DNA of 63,995 bases, the filler included, from Vannella sp. (lineage: Eukaryota): the NCBI GenBank assembly GCA_023345925.1. It is 6 parts of 6 records of this genome, joined end to end, with 100 filler letters (N's around TTAATTAATTAA, not from the genome) between each part and the next. Parts side by side here need not be neighbours in the genome. Positions count along the whole stretch, not along the records: positions 1 to 16,124 come from JAJQQN010000468.1; 5 more parts are not named here. The stretch is one strand, 5' to 3'. Position 1 is the first letter of the stretch. Each line of letters starts with the position of its first letter. Positions 1 through 12,002 of the stretch are shown piece after piece. Below the pieces are notes generated by a model, which was not told where the DNA came from, did no database searches, and saw only the letters and a list, made by a program, of their open reading frames with translations. Made by a program: the position numbers and the translations under genes.

Positions 1-87
1 CTCAAGTGCTCTGCTTGCAAGAAGCCTATCACCTCAGAGTACGTTCAAGTAGCTGGCAGTCCCTTCCACCGAGAGTGCTACGCCTAG
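1..87 (+). CDS. 3' end of a LIM-domain protein (5'-truncated)
   Basis: Frame 1 reads LKCSACKKPITSEYVQVAGSPFHRECYA*, the CxxC...HxxC first zinc knuckle of a LIM domain. Not in the ORF track. Confidence 0.7.
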   Translation, partial: LKCSACKKPITSEYVQVAGSPFHRECYA

Positions 88-153
88 TCGGATGGTGACG
101 ATCAAGATAGTGATAAACGCTAGTCCCGCGTCCTAACCAGAGATGTGAAGGGT

Positions 154-1881
154 CTATTGCATCTTGTTGAGCTGCTCTTGCTTCTCCTCCTCGTTATCAA
201 GGAAAGCGCTGCTGAACTTGTCGAGATCAAGGTGCAACTCAGCACCCGTGTCAATGGCAGCCTCGCCCTTCTTTGTAGATCGTTGGCTAGCTATCATTTC
301 GATGTCTTCTGCAGCTGCATAAGCATAGCGAGTGTTGTTGGAGGTGGGGCGCCACAGCACGACAAGGGACAAGAGAACCACGTAGTACAAGAGATGCCAG
401 AATGCCTGGAACACCCACCAGGAGCTCCACATGGCATCCTCTTCCTCGGTGACCACCAGGAGTGTCTGGTAGCCCACCACCAGTACGGTGAGAGTACCGC
501 TGATGCCGAGAACGACAAACAGGTCAGTGTACATGGCCAACTTGGTCTCTTGGTTACGGAGCTTCAGTGTGTTGATCGTACGCATAAGAGAGAGGAAGAT
601 CCACCAGTAGAATGTCGTATCGAGCAATGCAGCGGGGAACACAATGACGGTCGCTACAAAGCTAATGAACTCGCTGTCGCCTTCGCGGAGGTAAGTGAGA
701 ACCAGCTGCTGGATCAGACTGACGACGAAATAGATGCCGCCAAGCGCGTAGACCTTCTGTGTCTCACTTCCGAGGTTGGGCTTGACAACCCCAAAGCCCA
801 GGGACACTGATAGGACCAATAGTCGGCTCACAGTACGCTTCAGAGTGCTTGCACACACTCCAATCGCAATGGCGCCCCAATGGAACTGTCCGTGATGGTT
901 GTAGGAACGAAAGTCGAATTCCCACGTGATGCACTCCACCATTCCCAGGAAGATCACTCCAGCGATGCAGTTCTGGAGCATGAGAAGCTTGTTCCAGTGG
1001 ATGGCTGAAATGAGAGCCCACATGAATCCAGTCACCATGTAAACCACTGTCATGATCGCAAAGAACTTTCCAGAACTGTTAGTAAGGCTCTCCACACGTC
1101 CCCCGGTGTCATACCCAAATGAAAGGATAAAGCTCCGCAGAGAGATGGCCGAAAGGATTCATCCAGGACACGTCACCGTCGATATAGACGGTGCCGACCT
1201 CCGAGCCAGGGCAATTGAAGTAGCGCACGTAGAAGATACCACTTGCGGTCACATTATCATAGCTCTACTCTCTTCTGTCAGACGGGAGGCCTCACTGGAG
1301 TGGAGCACTCACCTTTTGGAGGTGGACTTGAGTTCCCCCGTTAAAGTCAACATCAAGCACTTGCACGTGGTTCTCGTCAGTCACAATGACCTCTCCTGGT
1401 ACTTTACAGATCTCTTCCGTGACCATGTCTGGAGTGCAGCAGTAATAGACCTTGATAACAGAAGTCAGAGAGCGCGCGTGGGAAATCAAGGACGCACCGC
1501 CCCACTGGGAGAGACGTAGCCAATCGAAGATGCTCGCGCTGAATAGTAGACTAGAACTTGAACGTGCCCTTTGGTGGGCTCCTCAGTGCGGAAAGTGTCT
1601 GTAAATCCATTCAGACGCGTGTCCTCTTCTCGCCCCTCTTCCACGGTAGAAGGGAGCACCTACGGTCAATTGAAAGAGTAGTTATGGCATCTCCAACCCA
1701 AGCTTCCTCGTTGGAGATGAGACCGATCTTCAATCGCATCGTCTCATCCTCAGGCAACTGAGAAAGTCAGCGCCCATGCTTTGAACAGCCTCCAGCCTAC
1801 CAGACGATTGTCGAAAAGAATGTTTCCCCCAACAGCAAGAGCCACCAGCCCCAGTAACAGGAGGACTCGCCCGGAGACCAT
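154..1881 (-). CDS. TMEM87/GPR107 (lung seven-transmembrane, GOST family) protein, multi-exon
   Basis: Signal peptide MVSGRVLLLLGLVALAVGG; 7TM region with KRTVSRLLVLSVSLGFGVVKP and LWRPTSNNTRYAY motifs; short GT-AG introns in the 5' half. Confidence 0.88.
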
Positions 1882-1973
1882 GGAAAGACTGACCACGAAC
1901 GTGTCACCTCCCTTCCCATAATATTTATCTTCGGATTGTCCAGAATGTCTCTAAAGACCAATTAACCGGCCCT

Positions 1974-3597
1974 TTAACATTGTTTATTGAGGAATGGACA
2001 AAGTGCAAGCCAAGAGCCGCTGTTGGGGGCGGGCGGAACTTCCAGGAGGCGGGCGAGAAGGCTGTAGAGGTGAATGTTCTCGCTCTGATAGGGAACGGTT
2101 AGATCAGGGGTAAAGAAGTCGCCCACCCCCAGTAAGAACGCGCTCATCGATGCCAAGCGGGGATCGTATCCGTGTCCGCCCAGATCAGCGGGATTCTGCG
2201 CCGCTCTGGCCCGGGATGTGATGGTCCAGCCCTCTTCTGCCGTCAACAGAAGATCGGCAATCCGTGGGTGGTTTGAATAGTGCCAGTCGGGGGAGATAGT
2301 CGTGGGCTGGCTCACAGAAACATGTTCGATAGTCCTCAACTCAAAGAGCAAAGCGGATGTGCGCCCGTGGAGGGCCCTGATCGTTGTGAATGGGCCCCAA
2401 CTGATGACCATTGCATCATGAACGATGTCGATAAAGTCCTCAAGATAGATGGTCCGTTCTGGCGCGGTTTCCGCCATTCCATGATCTGACACGATCACAA
2501 TGTTCACTTCTTCGTGCTCTCCCGTCCGTTTGCTCAGACCATCAACGAGCTTCCCAAGCGCACCATCGACACGAACAACCGCATCAAAGACAGCTTGAGA
2601 GAATGGACCGGACTCGTGGCCGGCGCTGTCCACTTCAGAGAGATAAAGGCTTATGAACCGGGGTCGCACTGCTACAGGGAGTTCGAGCCAGTTAAGAACT
2701 TTCTCTACTCGCTGTTCGCTATCCAGCTCACTCCCGAACGGCACAGAATAGTTCGGCCGCATTCCTGCGCAATCGCTTCCTGGCCATAACACGGAGGCGC
2801 TGCACCAGTTAGCATGGTAGAGATGATGGAAAGGTGCCCTTACCTGATACCTCCATAGCGCTGAAAGGTCTCCCACATAGGCTGGCCCCCGTACCAGTCC
2901 GGGTTTTGGGCAGAGGCATTGAAGAGGTTAAAGTACTCCTCCGTGTCTGGATCGTACATGAAGTTGTCGACTATCCCGTGTTCATCCGGGTAGAGCCCAG
3001 TGATCATCGTCCAATGGTTAGGGTAAGTCACTGAAGGCATAACCGGTCGAAGAGACCCGATGGCCCCTTGAGAACGGAGCCTGTCCAAGTGAGGCCGAGC
3101 CTCTGTTAGCCTCTCGTCGCTCCAATACTCTGCTTGGAATCCATCAATGGATACCAGGATGACAGTGCGCTTCGTTGTCTGCTGTGGTTAGGAGGACAGT
3201 GCAAGCTTCCCCACTTTCTTACCTTCAAAGGTGCCCCACTGTCAAGAGAGTCTGTGCGAATAGTTTGTATCATGAAACCTGTCGCAATCAGAGCAATAAC
3301 CACGCCCACAATCACCAGAATGGCCAGGAAAACGGTAAACTCGTGTCGCAGTCGTCTCCTCGGGATAGGTTCCTCCCACAGTCCATCTTCCAGGCCAATA
3401 GGAAGCGCCAGATCACCAACTACATGAAGTTCCACCTTTGGAACCAAAACATCAGCGGAAGAACCCACTCAAGATGCAAAACGTACATCTTCCTCCTCCC
3501 TTCCCCATCTGGCATCCTCCAGTGGTTCCCTCAGGCTACTTACGTCCTTATCAGACACTTTCTCCCCTACCATGTCGGCTAGCCCCGCATCCGCCAT
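1974..3597 (-). CDS. Type II membrane ectonucleotide pyrophosphatase/phosphodiesterase (NPP), multi-exon
   Basis: PSVTYPNHWTMITGLYP (catalytic Thr), VDSAGH, VSDHGM and GGHGYDP motifs; N-terminal TM anchor. ORF breaks coincide with GT-AG introns. Start inferred. Confidence 0.9.
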
Positions 3598-3645
3598 GGG
3601 AACACCAACGAATGAAGCATTTCCCCGCAGTCTTTCGCTCCCTCC

Positions 3646-4452
3646 ATGCTGGTTGTGTTGACGGAACAGCACAAAGAGGACTTGGCCCTTCTACGAGACC
3701 TGCCTCCATCAGGTAGGGTCCTTGATTGGACGACAACCTCTGTTTGTACTCACAACAGAAGCTTTGGCTGAGTTTGGGAAGATCGCGATGGAGTTCCTCC
3801 GCCGTGGGCCGAACCCCAAGATCTACGCGGGTGCAGCACGTGAGATAGGCCTTCATGCAATGAAGGGAAGGTTGGAATGGGCTGACGCATTGCAGAGAAA
3901 CTGGAGGCCAACCCTGCAGACATCAAGGCAGCCGTGGAGGCTCTCTCCTACGTCTTTGCGGAGTGCGCCAAGGCCAACACGAACGAATTGGACTTTCTGG
4001 ATACGATGATGGTACTCGCCTTCCCTCCAGAGATCAATGAAGGCTTGAAAGGAGTGCGAATCGTCGACCAATGCTGCCATACCGGGTCCACTGACCAGGG
4101 TTGGGGAGCAGATGTACGAGTCACACCGCAAAGAGCTGAGGTCGATCCTCGCCGAGCTTTCCTTTGGTATCCCGCACTACGACAACGTTTCATGGCGTTT
4201 GGACGTTCAAGTGGCCAGCAGGACTCTCAACAAGCAGGTCGAACCCATTTTCACCATCAAACTGGAGACTCTTGAACCTGGTACGGGTTCTGGCTCTTCT
4301 CTGCATCCCCTTCCTGACCTCTCTTAGAGCATCGCGTCCGCTACCTCCAAACTGACATCGCCAACCTCAAACACATCGTTGCTGAGCTTGAGCGAGCACT
4401 TCAAGAGCTCAAGTCTGCCCATTGCCGCCGAATCATCCGCAACGTCAAATAG
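3646..4452 (+). CDS. COMMD2: COMM domain-containing protein 2, multi-exon
   Basis: Spliced product MLVVLTEQHKEDLALL..AEFGKIAMEFLRRGPNPKIY..WRLDVQVASR..LQTDIANLKHIVAELERALQELKSAHCRRIIRNVK* matches COMMD2 along its length. Confidence 0.9.
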
Positions 4453-4563
4453 GACCGTGAACGAGGCGCCCCCTCTTGCCCCTAAACTCCCTTCGTCTTC
4501 CTCCTCTTCCTCCTCTTCCTCCTCTCGAAAGGGTCCATTTGGGAGAGGGCCAGTCATTCTGGG

Positions 4564-5820
4564 ATGTCGGAAAACGAAGAGGGGTTGGAGGAGCCTTTGT
4601 TGGAGGGGACGGCTTTGCTGGGTGCTCTTCGCTCTTGGGATGAAAAGGAGTTGAGAAGAGCAGTAGATGCATTGAAGGTAAGGCCTTGCCTTCAAGGAAG
4701 AGGCAGGGCTGAGAGAGAACTTGTGTAGGCCCTTTCCAATGAGAGAGCGCTCCCGCTCCTTACCAATGACGAGCTCTTCGATGCAGTCTCATCCTATTGG
4801 CGCTGGGATCATGTTGGGACAGTAAGGCAGCACCAACAGGGGAAGACAACCTAACACGCGGGCGAAACTGCAGCACGGCGACGTTATCTGTGAGCTGCTG
4901 GGGCACTGGTACCAGATCGACTCGCAACTGTTCAGGAACTTTGTGCTTGCCTTCCTACCTACCATGTTGTGGAGCTTCGTATTCCGCCTCTCCACAGGAA
5001 CGTGCCTTTCGGGGATTGAAAGCGTCCTTGTCGCCATCTACAACTGCAGTACCGTAGATGATCTGGGAAAGGGAAGCACCTTCACAGTACCCTCCCTTTT
5101 GGGGTCATCCTCGCTCCACACACCCGCTCCCAACAGCAAAGAGAACACAAGTGACGAGGTTTGTCTCCTTGTTGCGTCCCTCCTTCGCCTGACACTGTCG
5201 ATCAGAGCTTTGTAGTGAACCGATCTCTCTCTAATGTGATAGGAAGAAACACAGAAGGTCACCTTGTACTAGAAGGGCCGTTATCGCGCTCCGCATTGAT
5301 CACAGAAGCTCTCGTCCAGTACGCCAACCACTTCACCAACCTGCATCACTTCAGCCAGGACTCCTTCTTCAAGTTCATCGAGTCGTGCGTAGAAGGCTCC
5401 CACAGCCAAGGAAAGGGAGGCTAACGGTGGACAAACAGTTGGGTTGCCACTGGAGTGGATGACATCCACGAGAAGCCCGGTGCTCACTGCACGAACGGAT
5501 TCTTGGAACGTACTGATCAGACGAGCCCTTCTTCGGTCTCTGAGATCAAAGGACGGTTCCGCCCGTCCTCTTCCCAAGTGGTGTCCGTCCCTTCCGAGCT
5601 GAAGCTTTACGAGGAGAAGCAGCTGACACTACACGAAAGCTACTTGATGCAAGCTCTCAAAGTGGTGGGCTTCTGCTTGCACGAGAACCAGCAACGAGTC
5701 AACGCCCTGCACGCTCTCCACGCCATCCAACTAAGAGCTTGTCTCGACCTGATGCCGCGAGTTCTGATGGTTGCCAACGCCCTTCTGCACAAGTTCGACT
5801 CAGAAAGCCTCCACACTTAG
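4564..5820 (+). CDS. Hyccin/FAM126-like protein (PI4KIIIalpha complex subunit), multi-exon
   Basis: ICELLGHWYQ..FRNFVLAFLPTMLWSF..SGIESVLVAIYN..FTVPSLLGSSSLHTP and C-terminal AIQLRACLDLMPRVLMVANAL resemble conserved hyccin blocks. Confidence 0.75.
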
Positions 5821-5867
5821 GGAATCTACCGTTTATCTCTCTACTTTGCCCTCTTTCAGAGCCACTC

Positions 5868-7583
5868 TCACTGCACTAGCAGTCCCGGGACGCCTTTGAG
5901 GCCCATCTTCCCCACAGTCCTCTTCAGCAAGACAGGTTGCGAGGTAAGGCCGAGGTAGGTGGCGTAGAGGTTGGCTGTGGAAACGAGAGTCGTCGAATTC
6001 CATCCCAACCGGCGCGTGTTGGAGTTGTAGTACCCCAAGAAGGCTTGGTAGGCCTGCTCCCCAGCCAATCGAAGCTCTTGGTTCTTAGAGACTGTACTCC
6101 ACACTCGGTGAAGCTCCTGTCGCATTGGAGTCGCACACAAAGCGTCGACCTCTTCGGTAGACATCCTGTTGATGGGAAGGTCTTTGAGCTCTCCCAAGAT
6201 GCACCGCTCAAAAGGGCATATGAGCAGGATACCCTGTCCCTCCATCCCTGCACGAGCTGTACGGCCCAGGCGGTGAATGTACTGCGCCCTTTCGGTAAGT
6301 CCCACTTGCAGAACCAAGCTCACTCCTTCGTAGTCCATTCCACGGGCGCTCACATCAGAGCTGAACATGACCAGGTTACTTTCGTCGCGGAACTTGGCAC
6401 TAGCCTTGGTACGGTAAGCCTGTGACTTGCGAGAATGCATCTCGATCACGCTCATCTTCGTTTGCGAGAACAACTGGGCGTAGAAGCCTGCTGATCTTGC
6501 TGTGGGGAAGAACACAATCACCTTGAAGGGCTGGCTAGCAGCTTGGCAGGTCTCAATGTGGCGAGTCAAGCAAATGTCGATCAAATTGATCTGTTGGGAC
6601 AAGTCCGCAACGATGGCGTGTTGCTGCACTTGATGGTTCGTTTGATCGTCCTCCTCGCTAACGGTGTTGACAAAGTCATGGTCTGGCTTGAGGGTTGTGC
6701 GAATGAAGCCCTCCAGCTCCTTTGGGACGGTGGCACTGAAAAGGAGGGTTTGGCGCTCCTTGGGAAGGAACTTCATGATCTTCTCCAGCTCGATGCGGAA
6801 TCCCTGCTCTAGAAGTTGATCTGCCTCATCCAGGACAAGAACAGAGATCTGAGAGAGTCTGGAGCTGACGTTTGGCGTGTTGGCGAGGTGATCGAGCAAA
6901 CGGCCGGGTGTGGCCACCAAGATGTCAATGGACCCTTTCAGAACGTTGATGTCCTTGTTCATAGAGAGTCCTCCCACAAAGACAGCTACGTTGATGCTCT
7001 TGTGGAAAGTACAGAGCTGGGTCGCCTCCGCAGCGATCTGGGAAGCGAGCTCGCGAGTAGGAGAGATCACAAGCATTGAGATCTTCTGAGATGTTGCTCC
7101 TTGCTTTGCAGCAATGACACGCTCCAAGGAAGGGAGGAGGAAGCCCACTGTCTTGCCCGTTCCAGTCTTTGCTTTGGCGAGAACGTCTCGTCCAGCCATG
7201 ATCCGGGGCAAAGTGGCGTCCTGGACCAAGGAGAGTCGTTCAAACTTGAGGACCTCAGCAATAGCCTTCTTAGAAAGGGGCGAAATGCCCTCCAAAGAAG
7301 CAAAGGTTGTTGCAGAAAGATGGGCTTCGTGTTTGGGTCGTTTGGGCTCTCTTTCTCCCTCTGGGAGAACTGAAACTGGACGCTTATCGGAAACTTGGGC
7401 TCCGTTTTGTCGCCCTCCTGAAGACTGAGACCCCTGCGGCTTTGGATCACGACTCTCCTGACCAGCGCCAGCACCACCGCGCCCTCGTCCTCCTCGTCCA
7501 CCACCACGCCCGCTACCTCTTGGTCGGTATCCTCCTCTACGACCTGATCCACCAGCTCCCGATGTATTTCGACCTCCCTCCAT
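5868..7583 (-). CDS. DEAD-box RNA helicase (Mss116/CYT-19/plant RH25-31-like) with RGG-rich N-terminus; intronless
   Basis: AKTGTGKT, PTRELA, TPGRL, DEAD, SAT, SARGMDY, HRLGRTARAG; C-terminal QAYQAFLGYY..KMGLKGVPGL typical of this subfamily. Confidence 0.92.
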   Translation of the reverse strand: MEGGRNTSGAGGSGRRGGYRPRGSGRGGGRGGRGRGGAGAGQESRDPKPQGSQSSGGRQNGAQVSDKRPVSVLPEGEREPKRPKHEAHLSATTFASLEGISPLSKKAIAEVLKFERLSLVQDATLPRIMAGRDVLAKAKTGTGKTVGFLLPSLERVIAAKQGATSQKISMLVISPTRELASQIAAEATQLCTFHKSINVAVFVGGLSMNKDINVLKGSIDILVATPGRLLDHLANTPNVSSRLSQISVLVLDEADQLLEQGFRIELEKIMKFLPKERQTLLFSATVPKELEGFIRTTLKPDHDFVNTVSEEDDQTNHQVQQHAIVADLSQQINLIDICLTRHIETCQAASQPFKVIVFFPTARSAGFYAQLFSQTKMSVIEMHSRKSQAYRTKASAKFRDESNLVMFSSDVSARGMDYEGVSLVLQVGLTERAQYIHRLGRTARAGMEGQGILLICPFERCILGELKDLPINRMSTEEVDALCATPMRQELHRVWSTVSKNQELRLAGEQAYQAFLGYYNSNTRRLGWNSTTLVSTANLYATYLGLTSQPVLLKRTVGKMGLKGVPGLLVQ

Positions 7584-7830
7584 ACTCCAGACAGACAGGA
7601 AAAGCCATCGAAACCACCAAATGCTCGCGCAACCGACCCCCAATAGTGACCAATCAAATCTCTCCGTTCCCTAATCCAGAAGAGTAAAGGAGAGTGAACC
7701 ACCCGTTGTGAAGTGCTTCAAAATTCGACTGACACCTAAACGAATAATCGTCTCGTGTGGGAGACTTTTGAACGAAGTTGGTGGCAAAAGATTCTTGGGA
7801 TTCTGAACACTTTGTTTCGGGCTGGAGGGA

Positions 7831-10800
7831 ATGGCTGTGGGTCGGTACCTCCTGCTGGCGGTTCTGCTGGCGAGTGTCCTTGGTGATCAACCCCGATGTG
7901 AAGAGAAACGCATCCGAATCGGCAGAGTGAGTGGAATCCCACCCATCGCGAACATGATGGCCTGACAGGAAGGACAGACTCTTCTCGACTCTCCTGTGAA
8001 GCAGTTCTTCTACGCCTCTGAAGACCAACAGGTAGGTGTCTCCTCTCACTCACTCAGTACCCTGACCCATTCCAGGACATCTACGTACTGACCGAACACG
8101 GCACCGTCTACCAAAGCACCGACGAAGGAGCCACTTGGGTCAACAAGATGAGCGGGTTTGAGCGTTGGAACGACCCTTCTCTGGCCTTCCCAGCAGGAAA
8201 GTCGGGTGTTAAAGCTATCCATGGCTCTGGTGTGAACAACATTGTAGGAGGGCTTCCCCTTCTGGTTCCTGCTTCATTCGCCCTCCTCACTGCTGTGACA
8301 GGTCTACTTTGAGGGATTCGGTCTGTCATACTGGGTGACTCGTGGAGATGGTCGCTTTAAGCTGTATACTTTGGGAGAGGTGGTGGAAGGGCGCATCGTC
8401 GGACAGCTCCTCTACAAGCTCCATGCTCACCCCACTAACCCCGTCTACGTGATGCGAATGGTGTACAATGACACTTGCTTCTCCAGCGACTATGAACAAT
8501 GCTCGATTCAGTGCCAAGTCAGCCCTTTCCAAGGCGCAGACAACACTTGGACCACCATTAACAACTACACCTTTAGCGCAAGCTGGGGTGCAGAGGAGAG
8601 CCAGATCTACCTGATCTCCATGGAACCATCGCAACAACCAGCCAACCAACTCAGCGTGAGCCCTCTGGACCCCGGCCACAAGATGGTCATCTTCGACCAA
8701 TACGGCGGGCGCGTCCTCCGGCAAGTACCAAACGTCATGACCTTCCGCTTCATCAACGGAGTGGTCTACTTTGCGAAGATCCTCCCGAACGGCTCTGTGA
8801 AGACGTACCTCAGCACGGACACCGACTCGGCCTCCGAAATCATCTACAACGGATCCGCCAACTACACGGCTCTCATCTTCGAAGTGCTCGAGAGCACCCC
8901 TGAGATCAGCTTTGTGGCCATTCGCACGTCCCGCAACGTGGAGTTTGGCAGCCTTTACCAAAGCGTCTCTGCGGACGCTCACTACTGGATGAGTCTCCCT
9001 TTCATTCGAATGAATGGCAACGGAGCTGAGTTCTATGCTACTAAGGGTGCGCCGAGCCATCCATTGCCCAACTAACCGGCCTTCCAGACTTGCCAGGCAT
9101 CTACTTGGCCAACGGGTATGAACTGGACGACATCCAAGCTGACTTGAACTCTCGTGTTCAATCTAGGATCAGCTTCGACAAGGGTGGAGTGTGGCATTCC
9201 CTCAAGGACCAGGAAGAGAACCAGGTGCGTTCACGCCCTTTGAGGCATCCCTTGGGAACGGGACTCACGGGATGGACCAGATCAATCTCTTCATTGGTGA
9301 GGAATACGCCCAGCAGCCTGCCATCTCTGATCCTTCTGCTGTTGGTATCCTAATGGCGCTGGGTAACGAAGGCAAGTACCGCCAGCACCTGACAGACGAC
9401 GTCGGTGTCTACCTCTCTCGCTCTGGCGGCTATCGCTGGGAGAGAGTCCTCGATGGACGCTACCACTTTAACTTTAACGACCACGCGTCCCTCCTCTTCG
9501 CGATGCCTGCCGGGAACGAGACCAGCCAATTGCACTTCTCGTGGAACCAAGGCCTTTCGTGGGATAACTGCACGTTTGGGGACACCTTCACCGTCAGCAA
9601 GATTCACACGAGCTCACAGTTCTACAACGCTGGCTTTTTAGTGCTGGGTTCCTATGCCAACGGGCAAGGCACTATTCTGTCGGTTGGTTTCGGCGGCACA
9701 GGAAAGCCCAGGTGCACTCCCGATGACTTTGAGCTCTTCAAACCAAAGGCTGGAGGCGTCTGCCTTTTGGGAGAGTCTACCGCCTACCTTCGCCGCAAGC
9801 GAGATTCGGAATGTGTTGTTGTTACCGTGCCGGAAGTGCCCGCTGACCAATTCACCTGTGAATGCTCCCGCTTGGACTACCAATGGTAAGGTCGCGTCTC
9901 TTTTTATGCCGGACACTCACTCCCAATAGCGATGGAGAATGCTTCGCTGAACGCCACGTGGAGGGTCAAGCCAACACAATTTGTGTGAATGTCTGTGCAG
10001 GAACTGACAGAGACCCCACACTGCCCCCAGCCAACTGCTTTGGAGAGTATCTTCAAACTCAGGGATACCGCAAGGTTCCTGGTGACGTCTGTGAGGGTGG
10101 CGATGCTTCACTCTATGAGAGCATCTTGGTACCCTGCTCTGGGGCTCCCATAACTTCAGCCCCGTCTCCCTCCTGGAATGCCTCGACCCCAACTGCATCC
10201 GTTACAATCAAAGCTTCAACCGTCACTCCGTCTCCAACCCTCTCTAGGAAGGCATCCGGAGCATCTGAGCCCTCTCCTTCTGTAAGTGCGCTACGGGTCT
10301 CCACCTCGGCTTCCCCAGAGCCCAAAACACCTTCCAACACACCATCTCCTTCCGTATCTACCAAAGTGTCCATTGCACCACAGACTCCTGTTCCCTTGAA
10401 TTCTACCACTCCAGTGGCCACTCCTGTTCCCTTGAATACCACCACTCCAGTGGCCACTCCTCAGGTTTCGTCCGCTTTCACGTCTTCTCCAGCACCTAAA
10501 ACACCCTCCGAGACGCCATCGCCTTCCCTTTCCATCAAAGTGTCCAATGTGTCATCTCAGACTCTGGTTCCAACGAATACCACCACTCCAGTGGCCACTC
10601 CTGTTCCACTGAACACCACCACCACTCCAATGGCTACTCCTCAGGTTTCTTCTGCCTCCTCGCCCTCTCCAGCGGCTGGTTCTCCCAGTTCTCAGGCCTC
10701 CAGAACAGAGGATGATTCGGGATCGGTCAGTCCCTCCATGACGGTCAGCCCCTCTCCGACTGTCAGTATTCAAAGAGCAACCCCCGATACCAACGACACC

Positions 10801-11024
10801 GATTGGTATGTTGTGGGCTGCGTCGCCCTTGGTGTTGGTGGTGTCCTTGTCTGCCTCGCATTAGGACTTTTAGTGATTGCCCGAAAGTAAGAGCCAAACG
10901 AATGATTCAACCCGTTCTCACCCTCTCTAGAATCTGGAAGTCTCGCAGGACCAAGCGCATTGGCACAATCATTCCCGACAGTGATGTATTCTCTTTGGAG
11001 GATAATGACGAATGGGAACTCTGA
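7831..11024 (+). CDS. VPS10/sortilin-family type I membrane receptor with mucin-like stalk, multi-exon
   Basis: Signal peptide; Asp-boxes (SFDKGGVW, SRSGGYRW, SWNQGLSW); Cys-rich 10CC motifs CLLGESTAYLRRK and GYRKVPGDVCEGG; Ser/Thr/Pro stalk; TM helix; acidic tail after the last intron. Confidence 0.88.
10321..10656 (+). repeat. Coding tandem duplication (~174-bp unit x2) with nested 33-bp TTPVATPVPLN repeats
   Basis: PKTPSxTPSPS..KVS..QT..NTTTPVATPVPLNTTTP..ATPQVSSA occurs twice; accactccagtggccactcct recurs. Confidence 0.85.
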
Positions 11025-11163
11025 GTTACTTTCGTCCATTTTAGGAACTATTCTCGTAAATGAAAATTTGATTGGTTCAATAAATGTTCGTTGAATCAGA
11101 TCGATCTGATCGTTTCGCGCGAGCAAGCGAGTTTGCTTGTCAGTTCTTTCTCTGCGTTTGACC

Positions 11164-11820
11164 ATGGTCAACCCCCTCACAACCACAGAGGGTACACTCC
11201 CCACGAAAGTTGTTCCCCCCAACAACTTTGCGATGGTGGTACCCGGTGTTTACAGGTCTGGCTACCCCACACCCCAAAACTTCTCCTTCTTGGCTTCCCT
11301 TGGGATCCGATCGATCCTCTATCTTTGCCCGGAGGATTACCCTGAAGAGAGCATGGCCTTCTTAGAGCAGAGTGGAATACAACTCCTCCGTCACCCAATG
11401 GAAGGAAACAAAGAGCCTTTTCGCGTCATCCCCGAGAACAAGGTTTGCGAGGCTCTTTGCACTCTGTTAGATCCAACCAACCACCCAATTCTTATCCACT
11501 GCAACAAAGGCAAACATCGCACTGGTTGCATCATCGGCTGTCTCCGAAAGATGCAAGGTTGGTCGCTGACTCCCATCCTCAGCGAGTATCGCCTCCACGC
11601 TGGTGCAAAAGCTCGCAGCTGGGATCAACAATTTATCGAGTCCTTTGACGAGGCGCAGATCGAGACGCGCAATGGCCTTCTCACCCCGTCTTTCTGCCTT
11701 CCCAAAGCCACCCCAGTCACTCACAAGTCAACGCACTTACGTTGGGATCCTCAACTTCGTCTCTGCGACTTTCCACGAGGCTCACATCCCTCCCCCCTTC
11801 CCTGCTTGCGTCCGCTATGA
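11164..11820 (+). CDS. SIW14: Siw14/PFA-DSP atypical dual-specificity (inositol pyrophosphate) phosphatase
   Basis: PPNNFAMVVPGVYRSGYP, HCNKGKHRTGC active-site loop, DQQFIESFD. Confidence 0.9.
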   Translation: MVNPLTTTEGTLPTKVVPPNNFAMVVPGVYRSGYPTPQNFSFLASLGIRSILYLCPEDYPEESMAFLEQSGIQLLRHPMEGNKEPFRVIPENKVCEALCTLLDPTNHPILIHCNKGKHRTGCIIGCLRKMQGWSLTPILSEYRLHAGAKARSWDQQFIESFDEAQIETRNGLLTPSFCLPKATPVTHKSTHLRWDPQLRLCDFPRGSHPSPLPCLRPL

Positions 11821-12002
11821 AGGAAGAATGGATGAGCCAGACTCAGCTATGAGATAAGCCAGGGTTACCCTAGTGCTTCCTGTGCTCCATTCTCTTCCTT
11901 TAGTGCCCTTTGCGGGTTCCCAGTGTTTGTCCCGACGCGGAGAGCAGAAGTGACAAATACATGTGAATATTCTTACGTCGTTCCACTCCATTGGTGACCA
12001 TG

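Noticed and set aside
145..810. Long antisense ORFs (e.g. 145-810 +, 8326-9060 -, 43706-44443 -, 44783-45658 -)
   Set aside because: Shadows of real genes on the opposite strand; no motifs of their own.
4493..4525. Poly-Glu/poly-Ser/RGG ORFs from a CT-rich tract
   Set aside because: Simple pyrimidine tract in the COMMD2-hyccin spacer; the ORFs overlap real genes.
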